Source of the DNA: a virus
Lineage: Duplodnaviria; Caudoviricetes
Length of the DNA stretch: 62,587 bases
IMG/VR virus record: IMGVR_UViG_3300025679_000008
Span: 1 to 62,587 of that record
Reading direction: 5' to 3' (one strand)
Shown here: positions 38,087-47,454 of the stretch, one piece after another
Position numbering within the stretch: the first letter of the stretch is position 1
How the letters are laid out: the number at the start of each line of letters is the position of its first letter
Translations under genes and position numbers: made by a program
Notes under the pieces: model-generated
What the model was told of the DNA's origin: nothing
Database searches by the model: none
What the model saw: only the letters and a program-made list of their open reading frames with translations

Positions 38087-40150
38087 ATGCCCCGTACGAC
38101 AAACTTCGTCCTGAACCAGGAGCAGGAGAATCGGCTGACCCAGTTCATCGACAACAAGTACGAGGCGCTGAAGCAGGATAACCTCGAGCGCCTGGTCCTG
38201 GACGCCCAGGCCTGGAAGCGCTACAACCTCGAGGTCAAGGAGCGGGATTCGCTCAACCAGGAGATCTACAGCCTGTCGAATATCCCGGTGCCGGTGTACG
38301 CGATGATCATGGAGCATTTCGTTTCGCGCTCCGAGGACTCGACCACTGGCGACAAGCCCTACTTCCATTTCGACGCCGTCGGCGGATCCCAGGATCGGGC
38401 GATGGCCTATGACCGGTACTTCAACTGGAAGCTCGATGAGATGGGCCGGGTCCACGAGTCCCTCCAGGATGACCAGCTCCCCACCTTCATCCAGTGCGCG
38501 AGCTTCCTGAAGGCGGTATTCAAGCGGGAGACGATCGGATGGATCGACCACGACAAGCAGGTCCTCCACGATCGGAACACGAGGCAGCCGATCGAGATCC
38601 TGAATCACGGGCCGATAATCAAGGACGAGGACGGATTCACGCCGCAGCTGGATCCCGTTGGCGGCATCCGCGGCGCCTTCGGGGCGAAGCCTGAGGAGCG
38701 CCTCCATCTCAACGCGGATCCCACGTTCGTCATGGACGAGTCCAAGCACTACTGGGACAAGCCGCCGGCGGGGCTCAAGCGGACGGAGAACATCTACACC
38801 GGGGCGAAGAGCGAGAACATACCCTACGATCGGATGCTCGCCCCGATGGATGCCGAGTCCTTCGATGCGGCGGACACGGTGATCGAGATCCAGGACCGGG
38901 ACTTCAACTGGTTTCAAAATAACTGGATCGAGAGACCGTTCCTCAGGTGGGCGGATTTCGTAGGCAAGTTCAGCATCGGCGACACCACGTCGAAGGCAGC
39001 CAAGGACAGCCCGACCCAGAGCACTCAGACCGGCACCGTTACCCCGGTGGCCAACGACACGGTCAATCCCGTGCGCAAGGTCTATGAGTGCTGGATCCGC
39101 CGTGACGTAATGGGCAACGGGACACTGCCACCCCAGGACTTCGTTTGCTGGTACGACGTGGAGACCAAGGTGCTCGTGTACTACGAGTGGTTGGCGAAGG
39201 TCTGCCCGGACATGAAGCGGCCGTACACGGTCACGGCTATCCGCAAGATGCCGAAGCGCTGGTGGGGAAAGAGCATCTGGCAGGTGGGTAAGCCTATCTT
39301 CGAGTCGATCGACCGCCTGTTCAACGGCGAGTTCTTCCGCGCCATCCAGCAGGCCAACCCCCCGAAGGGCGGAGATCCGAACGCCGCGGTCGAGGAGCCG
39401 CGGGACATCGGCGCGGATCCCACGAAATACTGGGAGCTGAAGAAGGGCCGCAACATCAAGGAGCTCCTCGAGTACGCCACAGTCCCGGATACCAACGCCC
39501 GGAGCCAGATGATCCTCGAGTACCTGGTGTACTGGCTGCAGCTGTGGCTCGGGATCTCGAACCTGGCCCAGGGCGACTACCAGGCGGTCAACACGAACGC
39601 CACGAAGTACGGGATACAGAAGACGCTTGCGGAGAGCTCGATGCTCGGCCGGCGCTGGATCCGCCGGCTGATCTCATCCTGGGAAGAGCACATCACGAAG
39701 CTCGTCCTCATCACCGTTCAGACGCTCCCGCAGAACCAGAAGGAAACCTACGAGTACACCGAGGGTGACCAGCGCAAGAGCGCGCTGATCCAGGCGATCG
39801 ACATCAAGCAGCTGACGATTCACGTCTCGATAGTCATGGGCCAGAACCAGGAGGAGAAGGACATCGAGCGGGCCAAGACCGCCCTGGACGTCCAGGAGAA
39901 ATACTTTGGGCAGATCAACCCGCAGGTCCGGCTTGTCATGCGGCCGCTGCTCGTGGAGATCCTGGGCGACCTGGGGTACGACAATCCCGAGGACCTGCTA
40001 CCGATCACTGCGGCGCTGCCCGTGGATCCGGCGATGCTGGGCGGCGGCGAGGGTCAGCTGCACAAGGCCGTGGCTGTCGCCGCCGGCGCCGCGGATCCCA
40101 ACTCCGGGGTGCCGATCCCTCAACCCCCTGAAGCCGGAGGCAAGAAATGA
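38087..40150 (+). CDS. Portal protein
   Basis: RKVYECW, WWGKSI, LGISNLAQGD...NATKYGI; size and pattern of podoviral portals. Confidence 0.85.
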   Translation: MPRTTNFVLNQEQENRLTQFIDNKYEALKQDNLERLVLDAQAWKRYNLEVKERDSLNQEIYSLSNIPVPVYAMIMEHFVSRSEDSTTGDKPYFHFDAVGGSQDRAMAYDRYFNWKLDEMGRVHESLQDDQLPTFIQCASFLKAVFKRETIGWIDHDKQVLHDRNTRQPIEILNHGPIIKDEDGFTPQLDPVGGIRGAFGAKPEERLHLNADPTFVMDESKHYWDKPPAGLKRTENIYTGAKSENIPYDRMLAPMDAESFDAADTVIEIQDRDFNWFQNNWIERPFLRWADFVGKFSIGDTTSKAAKDSPTQSTQTGTVTPVANDTVNPVRKVYECWIRRDVMGNGTLPPQDFVCWYDVETKVLVYYEWLAKVCPDMKRPYTVTAIRKMPKRWWGKSIWQVGKPIFESIDRLFNGEFFRAIQQANPPKGGDPNAAVEEPRDIGADPTKYWELKKGRNIKELLEYATVPDTNARSQMILEYLVYWLQLWLGISNLAQGDYQAVNTNATKYGIQKTLAESSMLGRRWIRRLISSWEEHITKLVLITVQTLPQNQKETYEYTEGDQRKSALIQAIDIKQLTIHVSIVMGQNQEEKDIERAKTALDVQEKYFGQINPQVRLVMRPLLVEILGDLGYDNPEDLLPITAALPVDPAMLGGGEGQLHKAVAVAAGAADPNSGVPIPQPPEAGGKK

Positions 40151-40440
40151 GCACACCGAAGGAAGAGCGAGACTACGTGAAGGACATGGCCGAGCTGCAG
40201 AAGCTCAAGGATTCCGACGGCTGGAAGCTCGTGAGCGCCACCGCCCAGGCTGCGTTTGTTGATTTGACAGCGATCATCCTCGACCCTAAGACCCCGATCA
40301 GCGAAGTCGACGGACTGAGGCAGGCAAGGGGCCGCCTCGAGGAAGACTTCCTTCCAGAAAAGCTCCTAACCAATCTCCTAAAACGAACCAGGCCCGCAGC
40401 TGAGGCTCAAACCCAGCAGGCCTTAGGACGCAAATCGTGA
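40147..40440 (+). CDS. Small portal-associated protein
   Basis: ELQKLKDSDGWKLV pattern commonly found after portals. Confidence 0.65.
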   Translation: MSTPKEERDYVKDMAELQKLKDSDGWKLVSATAQAAFVDLTAIILDPKTPISEVDGLRQARGRLEEDFLPEKLLTNLLKRTRPAAEAQTQQALGRKS

Positions 40441-40868
40441 GCACCCCTCCGCAAAACCAGGTCAAGTCCTACATCGGGTTCACGCCGACGGGTGGCAACC
40501 CGAGCTATAGGACGCAGCGCTCCAGCGACCAGGGCCGACTCGGCGGCGCCCCGTTGAATATCGGCAACGACCAGGAGGAGATCTCGATCTACGCCTATCT
40601 CTTCCGGAACCTGAATGCCGCGGCCGTATACATCAACATCTTCGCGTTGCCGGCGGAGCAGGTTAAGGCCGGATCCATCCCGATCGGCCGTATAGAAATA
40701 CCTGGCACGTCGAATCCCCCGAACCAGCTGATCGGTCCGATGCTCTTCACGCCGTACTACTACGGCCAGGCGGGTATGTCCATGACCGCCTCCACTATCG
40801 ACGCGGACGGAAGCGCCGTCGGCAACGCCCCCGCATCTCCCGTCTACTTCGAGCTCGTCATCGCCTAA
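40437..40868 (+). CDS. Small beta-sandwich virion protein
   Basis: NLNAAAVYINIF...GMSMTAST pattern; no signal peptide. Confidence 0.65.
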   Translation: MSTPPQNQVKSYIGFTPTGGNPSYRTQRSSDQGRLGGAPLNIGNDQEEISIYAYLFRNLNAAAVYINIFALPAEQVKAGSIPIGRIEIPGTSNPPNQLIGPMLFTPYYYGQAGMSMTASTIDADGSAVGNAPASPVYFELVIA

Positions 40869-40881
40869 CCATCCTCCACCC

Positions 40882-41664
40882 ATGAAAAATCGCCTCCTGT
40901 CCTTCCTGCTTCTCTTCGTCGTCCTGCTCTGCGCCTGGGTCACGCCGGCGCGCGCGCAGCTCACCCCGGTCAACATAACAACCGGCGGCACGTACCCGCT
41001 GACCGCCGGCGAGTTCGCCGTGGTCACGCCGGCTTGCTCCGGCGCCGTCACCTTTATCCTGCCCCTGCAGCCGGTGGGAAGCTCCGCCGTCAAGGTCAAG
41101 AACCAGAGCCAGCAGCAGGATACGATCTCCGGCCCGATCTACTCGACCGGCGCGGTTACGTCGATGTTCCTCAACCCGGGACAGATGGCCACCTTCGACT
41201 CGGACGGCGTCTACGAGGACACCTATCTGCCGCAGAACCTCATCGACACCTACACGCAGCGCCTCGGGGGTTCGGCCTACAATCTCACCGTCACGAACGC
41301 CGCGATCGTCGGCGGCACCACAAGCCCGGTGATCCAGATCGGAAACACCGACGCCGGTTGGTACTGGGTCTTCGCCTCGGTGGTGACCTACAAGAATGCC
41401 GCCACCTATGCCGCGCAGCAGTTCGAGACCTTCCAGGTGTTCCGAACGAACAACACGATCGGCGCGATCGCTGGCACCGGCGTCTCCAATCCTATCGGTC
41501 CGATCACGACGATCACCGACTCGGCCGGGGCGATCACGCTGCCGCCGGTCCTCGTCTACCTGAACGGCTTGGACATCCTCACTATCTACGGCCAGGTGAG
41601 CGCAACGCCGGCGGGCAACATCCAGGTCACGGCAGCGAATATCCTGGCGGTTAGGTGGCAGTAA
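40882..41664 (+). CDS. Signal-peptide-bearing fibre/spike-like protein
   Basis: MKNRLLSFLLLFVVLLCAWVTPARA|Q, then a beta-rich body. Confidence 0.8.
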   Translation: MKNRLLSFLLLFVVLLCAWVTPARAQLTPVNITTGGTYPLTAGEFAVVTPACSGAVTFILPLQPVGSSAVKVKNQSQQQDTISGPIYSTGAVTSMFLNPGQMATFDSDGVYEDTYLPQNLIDTYTQRLGGSAYNLTVTNAAIVGGTTSPVIQIGNTDAGWYWVFASVVTYKNAATYAAQQFETFQVFRTNNTIGAIAGTGVSNPIGPITTITDSAGAITLPPVLVYLNGLDILTIYGQVSATPAGNIQVTAANILAVRWQ

Positions 41665-44408
41665 TGCGCTGGCTGCGGATAGCAGCGGCCGCGCTCCTGG
41701 GCGCCTGCGTGGCGCGGGCCCAGGTTGTAGTCCCGATCACCGTCACCAAGGCCTCGGGTACGAACGTACTCAACGGGCCGATCGTCATCCAGCCCAGCGG
41801 CACGGGCCTGCAGGCTGGCGTCGGGGCCACGGTTGATTTCACAGGCGCCACACTGTTGGGATTTCCAGGGGGCGGTACCGTGAACACCTTCTCGGCCGGG
41901 ACACTGTCTCCGCTCTTCACTACTAGCGTAGCGAATCCCACGACGGCGCCGGCACTGACATTCAACGCTTCCACCGCTGCTCAAAATGCCGTCCTGGTAG
42001 GCCCTGTCAGCGGCGGCACAGGAGCATACAGCTTCCGGCTTCTACAAGCTGCGGACATCCCGTCGCTATCCTACCAGCCCCTCGCCACGAACCTGACCAG
42101 CCTCGCCGGCCTGTCCTACGCCTCCCTGTCCTTCGTGAAGATGAGCGCGGCCGGCACGTTCTCCCTGGATACAAACACCTACCTGACCTCCAGCACGGGC
42201 GTCTCGTCGATCGCCGGGACGGCAAATCAGATTACCGCCTCTGGTTCCACCGGCTCGGTCACGCTCGCGCTCGCGTCGCCACTCCTCGCTCCCGGACTGA
42301 TAGAGCACACCAACGGCGGCAGCACGACGCCTTCCAGTGTATTTGCCGGAGCTACGACGACCGGCCTTTATTGGGCCAACCCCGGCATAGGGTTCACAGT
42401 GGCCGCAACGAGCATCGGCACTATGACGTCGACCGGCTTGAACGGCATGGCTGTAGGAGCGACGACGGCGAGCACGGGAGCGTTCACGAGCCTGTCAGCG
42501 TCGAGCGGGCTCACCGTGTCGTCGGGGAATGTCGGCATCACGTCCGGCAATGAGACGATCACCGCCGGGAACCTGACTATTTCGGCAGGCACGATCTCCG
42601 CAACTGACGTCTTGACGGTAACCAGTGGCACGACCAACGAGCTTTCAGCAACTATTAACAATTCTTCCACTGTTTCTAGTTTCACCGGGAGCATTAATGC
42701 GGGTTTATTCACGGCGGCTCCTGCGTCTACGAACACCCAGAATTGGACAGCTGGAGCCTTTAATTCCTCTAGTTTGGGAATGGCCGCGGTTGTAGCCAGG
42801 GTGGGATCAAATAGCGCGGCAAGCGGCACCGTCACGATGGCAGCGGCCTCAGTCGCCGTATTTGCGTTTGGTAGCAGTTTAACGACCACAAATTTAATTG
42901 GGTTCTTCAATCCGAGCGGGGCATTAACAAGTACCTTTGGTTCAATTTACGGCGCCTATATCGGCGCGCAGACGGGGACGATTACGAACGCCGTCGGCAT
43001 CGCTGTCGCCACGCAAACCGGAGGGGGCACCGGCAACGCTGACATCATCTTCGGCACCGCAGTCACGCCGTCACTCCCCAGCGGCAACGTCGGCCTCTAC
43101 CAGCAGGATGCCTACGCGAACACCCTTGCAGGTATCACGAATTTCACGAGCGGCACCGCCTCAACGACGACCGGCACAGGCTCAGTCGTTGTCACGGGGG
43201 GCGTCGGCATCAGCGGCGCAGTCAACATCGGGACGACGCTGACTGCGACCGGCGGCGCGTCCTCGCTCGCCAACACGTCCATCGCGGGTGCCGCGGCCAC
43301 GACCGCGTTAACGATCACCCAGACGGCCCGCACGTCCGGTGTGCTCCCTTACGTCAAATATACCATCCCGACCGACACCGCCCAGACCGCCTCCACGGAG
43401 TCGCCTGGGATTCAGGGCGTCACCGGGACGCGGACTTGGGCCACCACGGGCACAGTTGCCCTCCAGCGCGAAATCTACTGGCCCGGCCCGACCTACGCCA
43501 GCGCCTCAGCCTCTCAGACCTTCACCGATGTTTTCAACACCTATTGGGACAAGCCGATTCAGGGGTCGAATGCGGTATTTACTCGGTCTCACACGCTGGG
43601 AGTTGTCGATTCTACGTCGGCGGCTTCGTCGATCACGGGCGCCGTCGTAATCGCTACCACGCTCGGCACGACGGCCACGAGCGTCGGAATTGGCGGGGGC
43701 AACATCAACGCAGGAGGCGGGATTACGGGGGCAACGGTAACATCGACTGGAGCGTTGACTGCAGGGGCGACGGCGATCACAGGAGCAGCAGCAACTACGG
43801 CCCTGACGATAACCCAGACCGCCCGGACCTCCGGCGTCCTTCCCTACATCAAATGGACGATCCCGACCGACACGGCCCAGACGGCTTCGACGGAATCTCC
43901 AGGCTTGCAGGTCGTGACCGGCACGAGGACCTGGGCGACGACAGGCACCGTTGCCCTCCAGCGCGAGAACTTCTTTGCGGGCCCCACCTACGCCAGCGCC
44001 TCAGCCTCTCAGACCTTCACCGATACCTTCACGCTCTATGCCACGCCGCCCGTCGCAGGAGCCAACGCCATCTTCACGCGCGGGCACACGCTCGGCATCG
44101 TGGACCCGACCAGCGCCGCAAGCGCGATCACCGGAGGCCTGGTGGTGGCAACGACGCTCGGCACGGCGGCAACGTCGGTCGGTATCGGCGGCGGCAATGT
44201 GAATGCCGGCGGAACGATCACTAGCGGTACCACGATTACCGCAGGATCTACGATCACCACGGCCGCCGGCGTGACTAACGCTGCCGGCGTCTGGAACCTT
44301 GGAGCCCTTCGCTCGAGCACCGCCCTCGTGACGTCCACAACCCAAGTCATTCAGATTGCCGTGGGCGGCACCCTCTTCTCGCTCATGACCTGCACAACCA
44401 ATCCTTGA
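41664..44408 (+). CDS. Signal-peptide-bearing tail-fibre-like protein (914 aa) with an internal 165-aa duplication
   Basis: MRWLRIAAAALLGACVARA|Q; fibre motifs SFRLLQAADIP, GVSSIAGTANQIT, GATTASTGAFTSL, GSVVVTGGVGISG. Confidence 0.85.
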   Translation: MRWLRIAAAALLGACVARAQVVVPITVTKASGTNVLNGPIVIQPSGTGLQAGVGATVDFTGATLLGFPGGGTVNTFSAGTLSPLFTTSVANPTTAPALTFNASTAAQNAVLVGPVSGGTGAYSFRLLQAADIPSLSYQPLATNLTSLAGLSYASLSFVKMSAAGTFSLDTNTYLTSSTGVSSIAGTANQITASGSTGSVTLALASPLLAPGLIEHTNGGSTTPSSVFAGATTTGLYWANPGIGFTVAATSIGTMTSTGLNGMAVGATTASTGAFTSLSASSGLTVSSGNVGITSGNETITAGNLTISAGTISATDVLTVTSGTTNELSATINNSSTVSSFTGSINAGLFTAAPASTNTQNWTAGAFNSSSLGMAAVVARVGSNSAASGTVTMAAASVAVFAFGSSLTTTNLIGFFNPSGALTSTFGSIYGAYIGAQTGTITNAVGIAVATQTGGGTGNADIIFGTAVTPSLPSGNVGLYQQDAYANTLAGITNFTSGTASTTTGTGSVVVTGGVGISGAVNIGTTLTATGGASSLANTSIAGAAATTALTITQTARTSGVLPYVKYTIPTDTAQTASTESPGIQGVTGTRTWATTGTVALQREIYWPGPTYASASASQTFTDVFNTYWDKPIQGSNAVFTRSHTLGVVDSTSAASSITGAVVIATTLGTTATSVGIGGGNINAGGGITGATVTSTGALTAGATAITGAAATTALTITQTARTSGVLPYIKWTIPTDTAQTASTESPGLQVVTGTRTWATTGTVALQRENFFAGPTYASASASQTFTDTFTLYATPPVAGANAIFTRGHTLGIVDPTSAASAITGGLVVATTLGTAATSVGIGGGNVNAGGTITSGTTITAGSTITTAAGVTNAAGVWNLGALRSSTALVTSTTQVIQIAVGGTLFSLMTCTTNP
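43280..44230 (+). repeat. Tandem intragenic duplication, 495-bp period
   Basis: 43311 aligns to 43806; 43491-43529 is identical to 43986-44024. Confidence 0.92.
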
Positions 44409-44412
44409 TGCC

Positions 44413-44793
44413 ATGAAAATCATCGCCCTCCTAGTGGCGCTTCTCGCCACCACGCTGGCCTCGGCCGGCCAAACGACTGTCACCAACCCCACCGCGCCGC
44501 AAGCTGCCACGCAGTCCGCAGCCTACCCGTTCCAGATCGTATTCAACATCAATACAACCAACGGCGCGATCACCGCCCTCACGGCGACGGAGTACTTCCG
44601 TACCGATGTTACAGTCGGCGGAGTGGTCACGGCGCAGCCCCCGGCGCCCTTGGCGTTGAACCTCGACTTCCTAGGCACCGGCTCCAAGACGATCACCGTC
44701 CTCGGTCAGACGTTCACCTACGCCCAAGTGTGGACCGCTCTCAATGCCGTGCTCAATCAGGAGCGCACCGCGCAGGTTGCCGCAGGGCCTTAA
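44413..44793 (+). CDS. Signal-peptide-bearing fibre-associated protein
   Basis: MKIIALLVALLATTLASA|G. Confidence 0.8.
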   Translation: MKIIALLVALLATTLASAGQTTVTNPTAPQAATQSAAYPFQIVFNINTTNGAITALTATEYFRTDVTVGGVVTAQPPAPLALNLDFLGTGSKTITVLGQTFTYAQVWTALNAVLNQERTAQVAAGP

Positions 44794-44835
44794 TAGGTGT
44801 TGACGCATATATCGGCCTCCATATAGATCGCGGGA

Positions 44836-45276
44836 ATGATCCGATATATTGCTACCCTCGCGCTGGCCCTAACCCTGTCCTTCACCGCCCGCGCTGCCGA
44901 TACGGTCAAGCTGCGGGCCCTCGAGCTGAAGGATCTCTCGGTATCCTTCACGGATCCGACCACCGGACACCAGGTCTCGATCCCCGTTCACTACGCCGAC
45001 CTGGTGCGCCAGGTGCTGCTCACGGCGCCGGCCAACGGCCGCGGCACCGACGACGTGGTCCGCTCCGTCGAGGTCTGGGAGCCGATTAAGAAGATCATCG
45101 ACCAGAAGGGCACCCGGGTCCTGCTCTCGGATTCCGACTACCAGTTTCTCCTCCAGCACATCAACGGCTTCAACTGGGGCGGAGCGCCCGACATCCAGGA
45201 GACGATCGCCGACTTCATCAAGTACGTGCGCGGCCTGAAAGAGGCTGAGTTTCCCGTGTCTGATCCCAAGACCTGA
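44836..45276 (+). CDS. Signal-peptide-bearing fibre-chaperone-like protein
   Basis: MIRYIATLALALTLSFTARA|A; body YADLV...VLLSDSDYQFL...FNW...IADF resembles small genes that follow phage fibres. Confidence 0.72.
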   Translation: MIRYIATLALALTLSFTARAADTVKLRALELKDLSVSFTDPTTGHQVSIPVHYADLVRQVLLTAPANGRGTDDVVRSVEVWEPIKKIIDQKGTRVLLSDSDYQFLLQHINGFNWGGAPDIQETIADFIKYVRGLKEAEFPVSDPKT

Positions 45277-45279
45277 GCC

Positions 45280-45480
45280 ATGAACTCCAACCAGCTCCGC
45301 ATCGCCGCAATGGCCGTCTACTTCGTGATTGGTGTCCTCGTTGCGTTGAACGTGCTCACCGAGAAGCAGGGCTTCGAGATCCTGGCGGCCGCGGTCGGCG
45401 CCAAGGAGTTTGGCCAGCAATACCTCACGCCGGCCACCAACCAGCGCACGCCGGACGTTGTACCGCCTAAGGCGCCCTGA
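45280..45480 (+). CDS. Holin-like small membrane protein
   Basis: 66 aa, one or two hydrophobic helices. Confidence 0.5.
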   Translation: MNSNQLRIAAMAVYFVIGVLVALNVLTEKQGFEILAAAVGAKEFGQQYLTPATNQRTPDVVPPKAP

Positions 45481-45489
45481 TCCCTTCCT

Positions 45490-45904
45490 CATGAAAATCA
45501 AAACCATGCTAGTCCTCGCCGGGAGCCTCGTGCTCGTCGGCTGCGCCGGTATCGCCGCCGCCGAGTCCATCAAGGCCGTCTCCGAGATTGCCGCCACCAA
45601 TGCCGTCCAGAACGGCGACCTGACCGCGGCCCAGCTCTCGACGCTGGCCACGGATCTCGCCGCCCTCCCCCAGACGCCGCTCCCCACCGCGGACAACAAG
45701 CTGATCGCCGGCATCATCACGCAGGCCACGAAGCACAAGGCGGCCACGCCGACCGATGCGTCGGTGGTTGACGCGCTCAACGGTGTGCTCGGGGATATCC
45801 AGGGCAGCCGGCCGCCGACTCCCGCCGACGGCATCGCCTGGGCGAACCTTCAAGACGCCGTGCTAGGCTTCAAGAAGGCCGGTACGTTGCTCGCCACGCC
45901 GTAA
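45490..45904 (+). CDS. Lipoprotein
   Basis: MKIKTMLVLAGSLVLVG|C lipobox. Confidence 0.75.
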
Positions 45905-45905
45905 G

Positions 45906-46685
45906 GTGCCGGCATCGCCGCTCACGCTTCTTTGCGCCCGGCTCCAGGCGAAAGCCTACGATCCGGGCTTTTTAGCGACTGGTATACAGGATCTCAGCGA
46001 GTTTGGGCTGACCAAGACCCACACTATTTGGGCAGACGATCCGAGGGTTGGAAAGGTCCGCCACGGGCATATCAGCATGGCCGCGTTTGGCGTCACCGGC
46101 ATCCGCGTCTTCTGGACCTTTGACGGCACCCTGGTCCCCAAGGGATCCTTCGTGGAGTGGTTAGATGACTTCGATGTGTTCCTGGTGGCGAGTCCCTGGA
46201 ACCCCGGAGACCGTGTCCACCGGGGCATGCTGCGGTTTTTCCAGAGCATGAGCGTGGTCGACGACGCCACGGGGGTTGAGCTCCCCATCCTGGACTTCAT
46301 TGCGGCCAATCCTGGGCTCGCCAAGGGGGCCATCTACACCGGCCATAGCCTTGGGACCTTCACGGCGACATGCGCCTGCCTGGAGGGTTCCGGGGGCGCC
46401 CTGATCCTCTTCGCGCCGCCCAGGCCTGGGGACAAGCCCTTCCGGGAGTCGGTGTTCAATGCTCTGCGGGACGCCGGCGGGATCCTCGAGAGCTACGCCA
46501 ACCCCAACGACGCGGTCCCCAGGGTGCCGATCACCCTCAACTACCCCTGGCACTTCTTCGACTTCTGGCCGGTCGTCGACTCGACCCATCTGCGGCCGGA
46601 TCTTGTGGATCCTCCCATCCCCTCGGACTGGGCCTCGAGCCATCACATGCCCAACTACCTGGCGCTCCTCGAGGCGATGCCCTGA
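45906..46685 (+). CDS. Class 3 lipase / alpha-beta hydrolase
   Basis: FDGT...EWLDD...VHRG...YTGHSLG...FAPPRPGD...NPNDAVPRVP...HHM..Y. Confidence 0.9.
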   Translation: MPASPLTLLCARLQAKAYDPGFLATGIQDLSEFGLTKTHTIWADDPRVGKVRHGHISMAAFGVTGIRVFWTFDGTLVPKGSFVEWLDDFDVFLVASPWNPGDRVHRGMLRFFQSMSVVDDATGVELPILDFIAANPGLAKGAIYTGHSLGTFTATCACLEGSGGALILFAPPRPGDKPFRESVFNALRDAGGILESYANPNDAVPRVPITLNYPWHFFDFWPVVDSTHLRPDLVDPPIPSDWASSHHMPNYLALLEAMP

Positions 46686-46687
46686 GA

Positions 46688-46705
46688 CTACGTCTTTTGA
46701 CGTAG
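46688..46705 (+). terminator. Hairpin after the lipase gene
   Basis: CTACGTC-TTTT-GACGTAG with a T-run shortly downstream. Confidence 0.45.
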
Positions 46706-46732
46706 CCGCCTAGTTTTTGCATCTTGCACGCC

Positions 46733-46760
46733 TGGGGTGAATACCCCATTGGTGGGGTAT
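46733..46760. promoter_or_regulatory. Overlapping palindromic operator-like sites
   Basis: TGGGGTGAATACCCCA and ATACCCCA-TTGG-TGGGGTAT. Confidence 0.55.
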
Positions 46761-46764
46761 CTAA

Positions 46765-47199
46765 ATGTCGCGCTCCCACGCACAATACCCCACGGAACGG
46801 GCGTACACGGAACGGGCGTACGAGGCCGGGGTCGTTCGTCGCATGATAGGATCGCGCGGATTCCTGTGGGTCCTGGGCGCCGTCGGAATGGTATTCCTGA
46901 CACTTCTCGCGCTCGGGGCCGAGGCTTGGGTCCAGAAGCAGGCGGCCCTCGCGCCGGAGATCGTCGCTGCCAAGGCCGACGTGGACACCCTGAAGGTGGC
47001 CGTGAACGTCCTCAAGAACCAGTCCGATGCCCACACCAGCCTTCTATCCCAGTCGGCCATCGAGCAGGCCCGGGCGGCCGCCCTACAGGAGAGGATCTTC
47101 ACCGCCATCAAGGGTGTCAGCGACGGCGTTCATGCCCTGGACGTGAAGATCGCCACGGTCGACCAGAAGGTCGATGACTTGAAGGACCAGCGGAAGTAG
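46765..47199 (+). CDS. Membrane-anchored coiled-coil protein (lysis-associated?)
   Basis: One TM helix then coiled coil; 15-bp tandem repeat at 46791-46821. Confidence 0.7.
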   Translation: MSRSHAQYPTERAYTERAYEAGVVRRMIGSRGFLWVLGAVGMVFLTLLALGAEAWVQKQAALAPEIVAAKADVDTLKVAVNVLKNQSDAHTSLLSQSAIEQARAAALQERIFTAIKGVSDGVHALDVKIATVDQKVDDLKDQRK

Positions 47200-47232
47200 G
47201 GAACCAGCGCCCGGCCGGGCGTACAAAGGGGG

Positions 47233-47454
47233 ATGCTCACCCTTGCCGATATCAGCGGCCGAGATGTCGGCTCGCTCCTCATCCAGCTCCTTATCGCCGG
47301 CGTGGTCTTCTACCTGGTGGTGTGGCTGATCGGCTGGATCGGGATCCCGGCGCCCGTCGACAAGGTCATCAAGGCGATCATCGGGATCGCTCTGGTCATC
47401 TACCTGGTGAACGTCCTGGCCGGCCTAGGCGGCCATGCCTTCATCCACTGGTAA
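47233..47454 (+). CDS. Two-TM small membrane protein (Thivi_2564-like)
   Basis: LLI.LLIAGVV.YLV.W...IP.PV..VI..IIG...VIYL. Confidence 0.72.
   Translation: MLTLADISGRDVGSLLIQLLIAGVVFYLVVWLIGWIGIPAPVDKVIKAIIGIALVIYLVNVLAGLGGHAFIHW

Noticed and set aside
43280-44230. DGR template/variable repeat pair
   Set aside because: Differences are mostly synonymous and not adenine-specific; no reverse transcriptase seen
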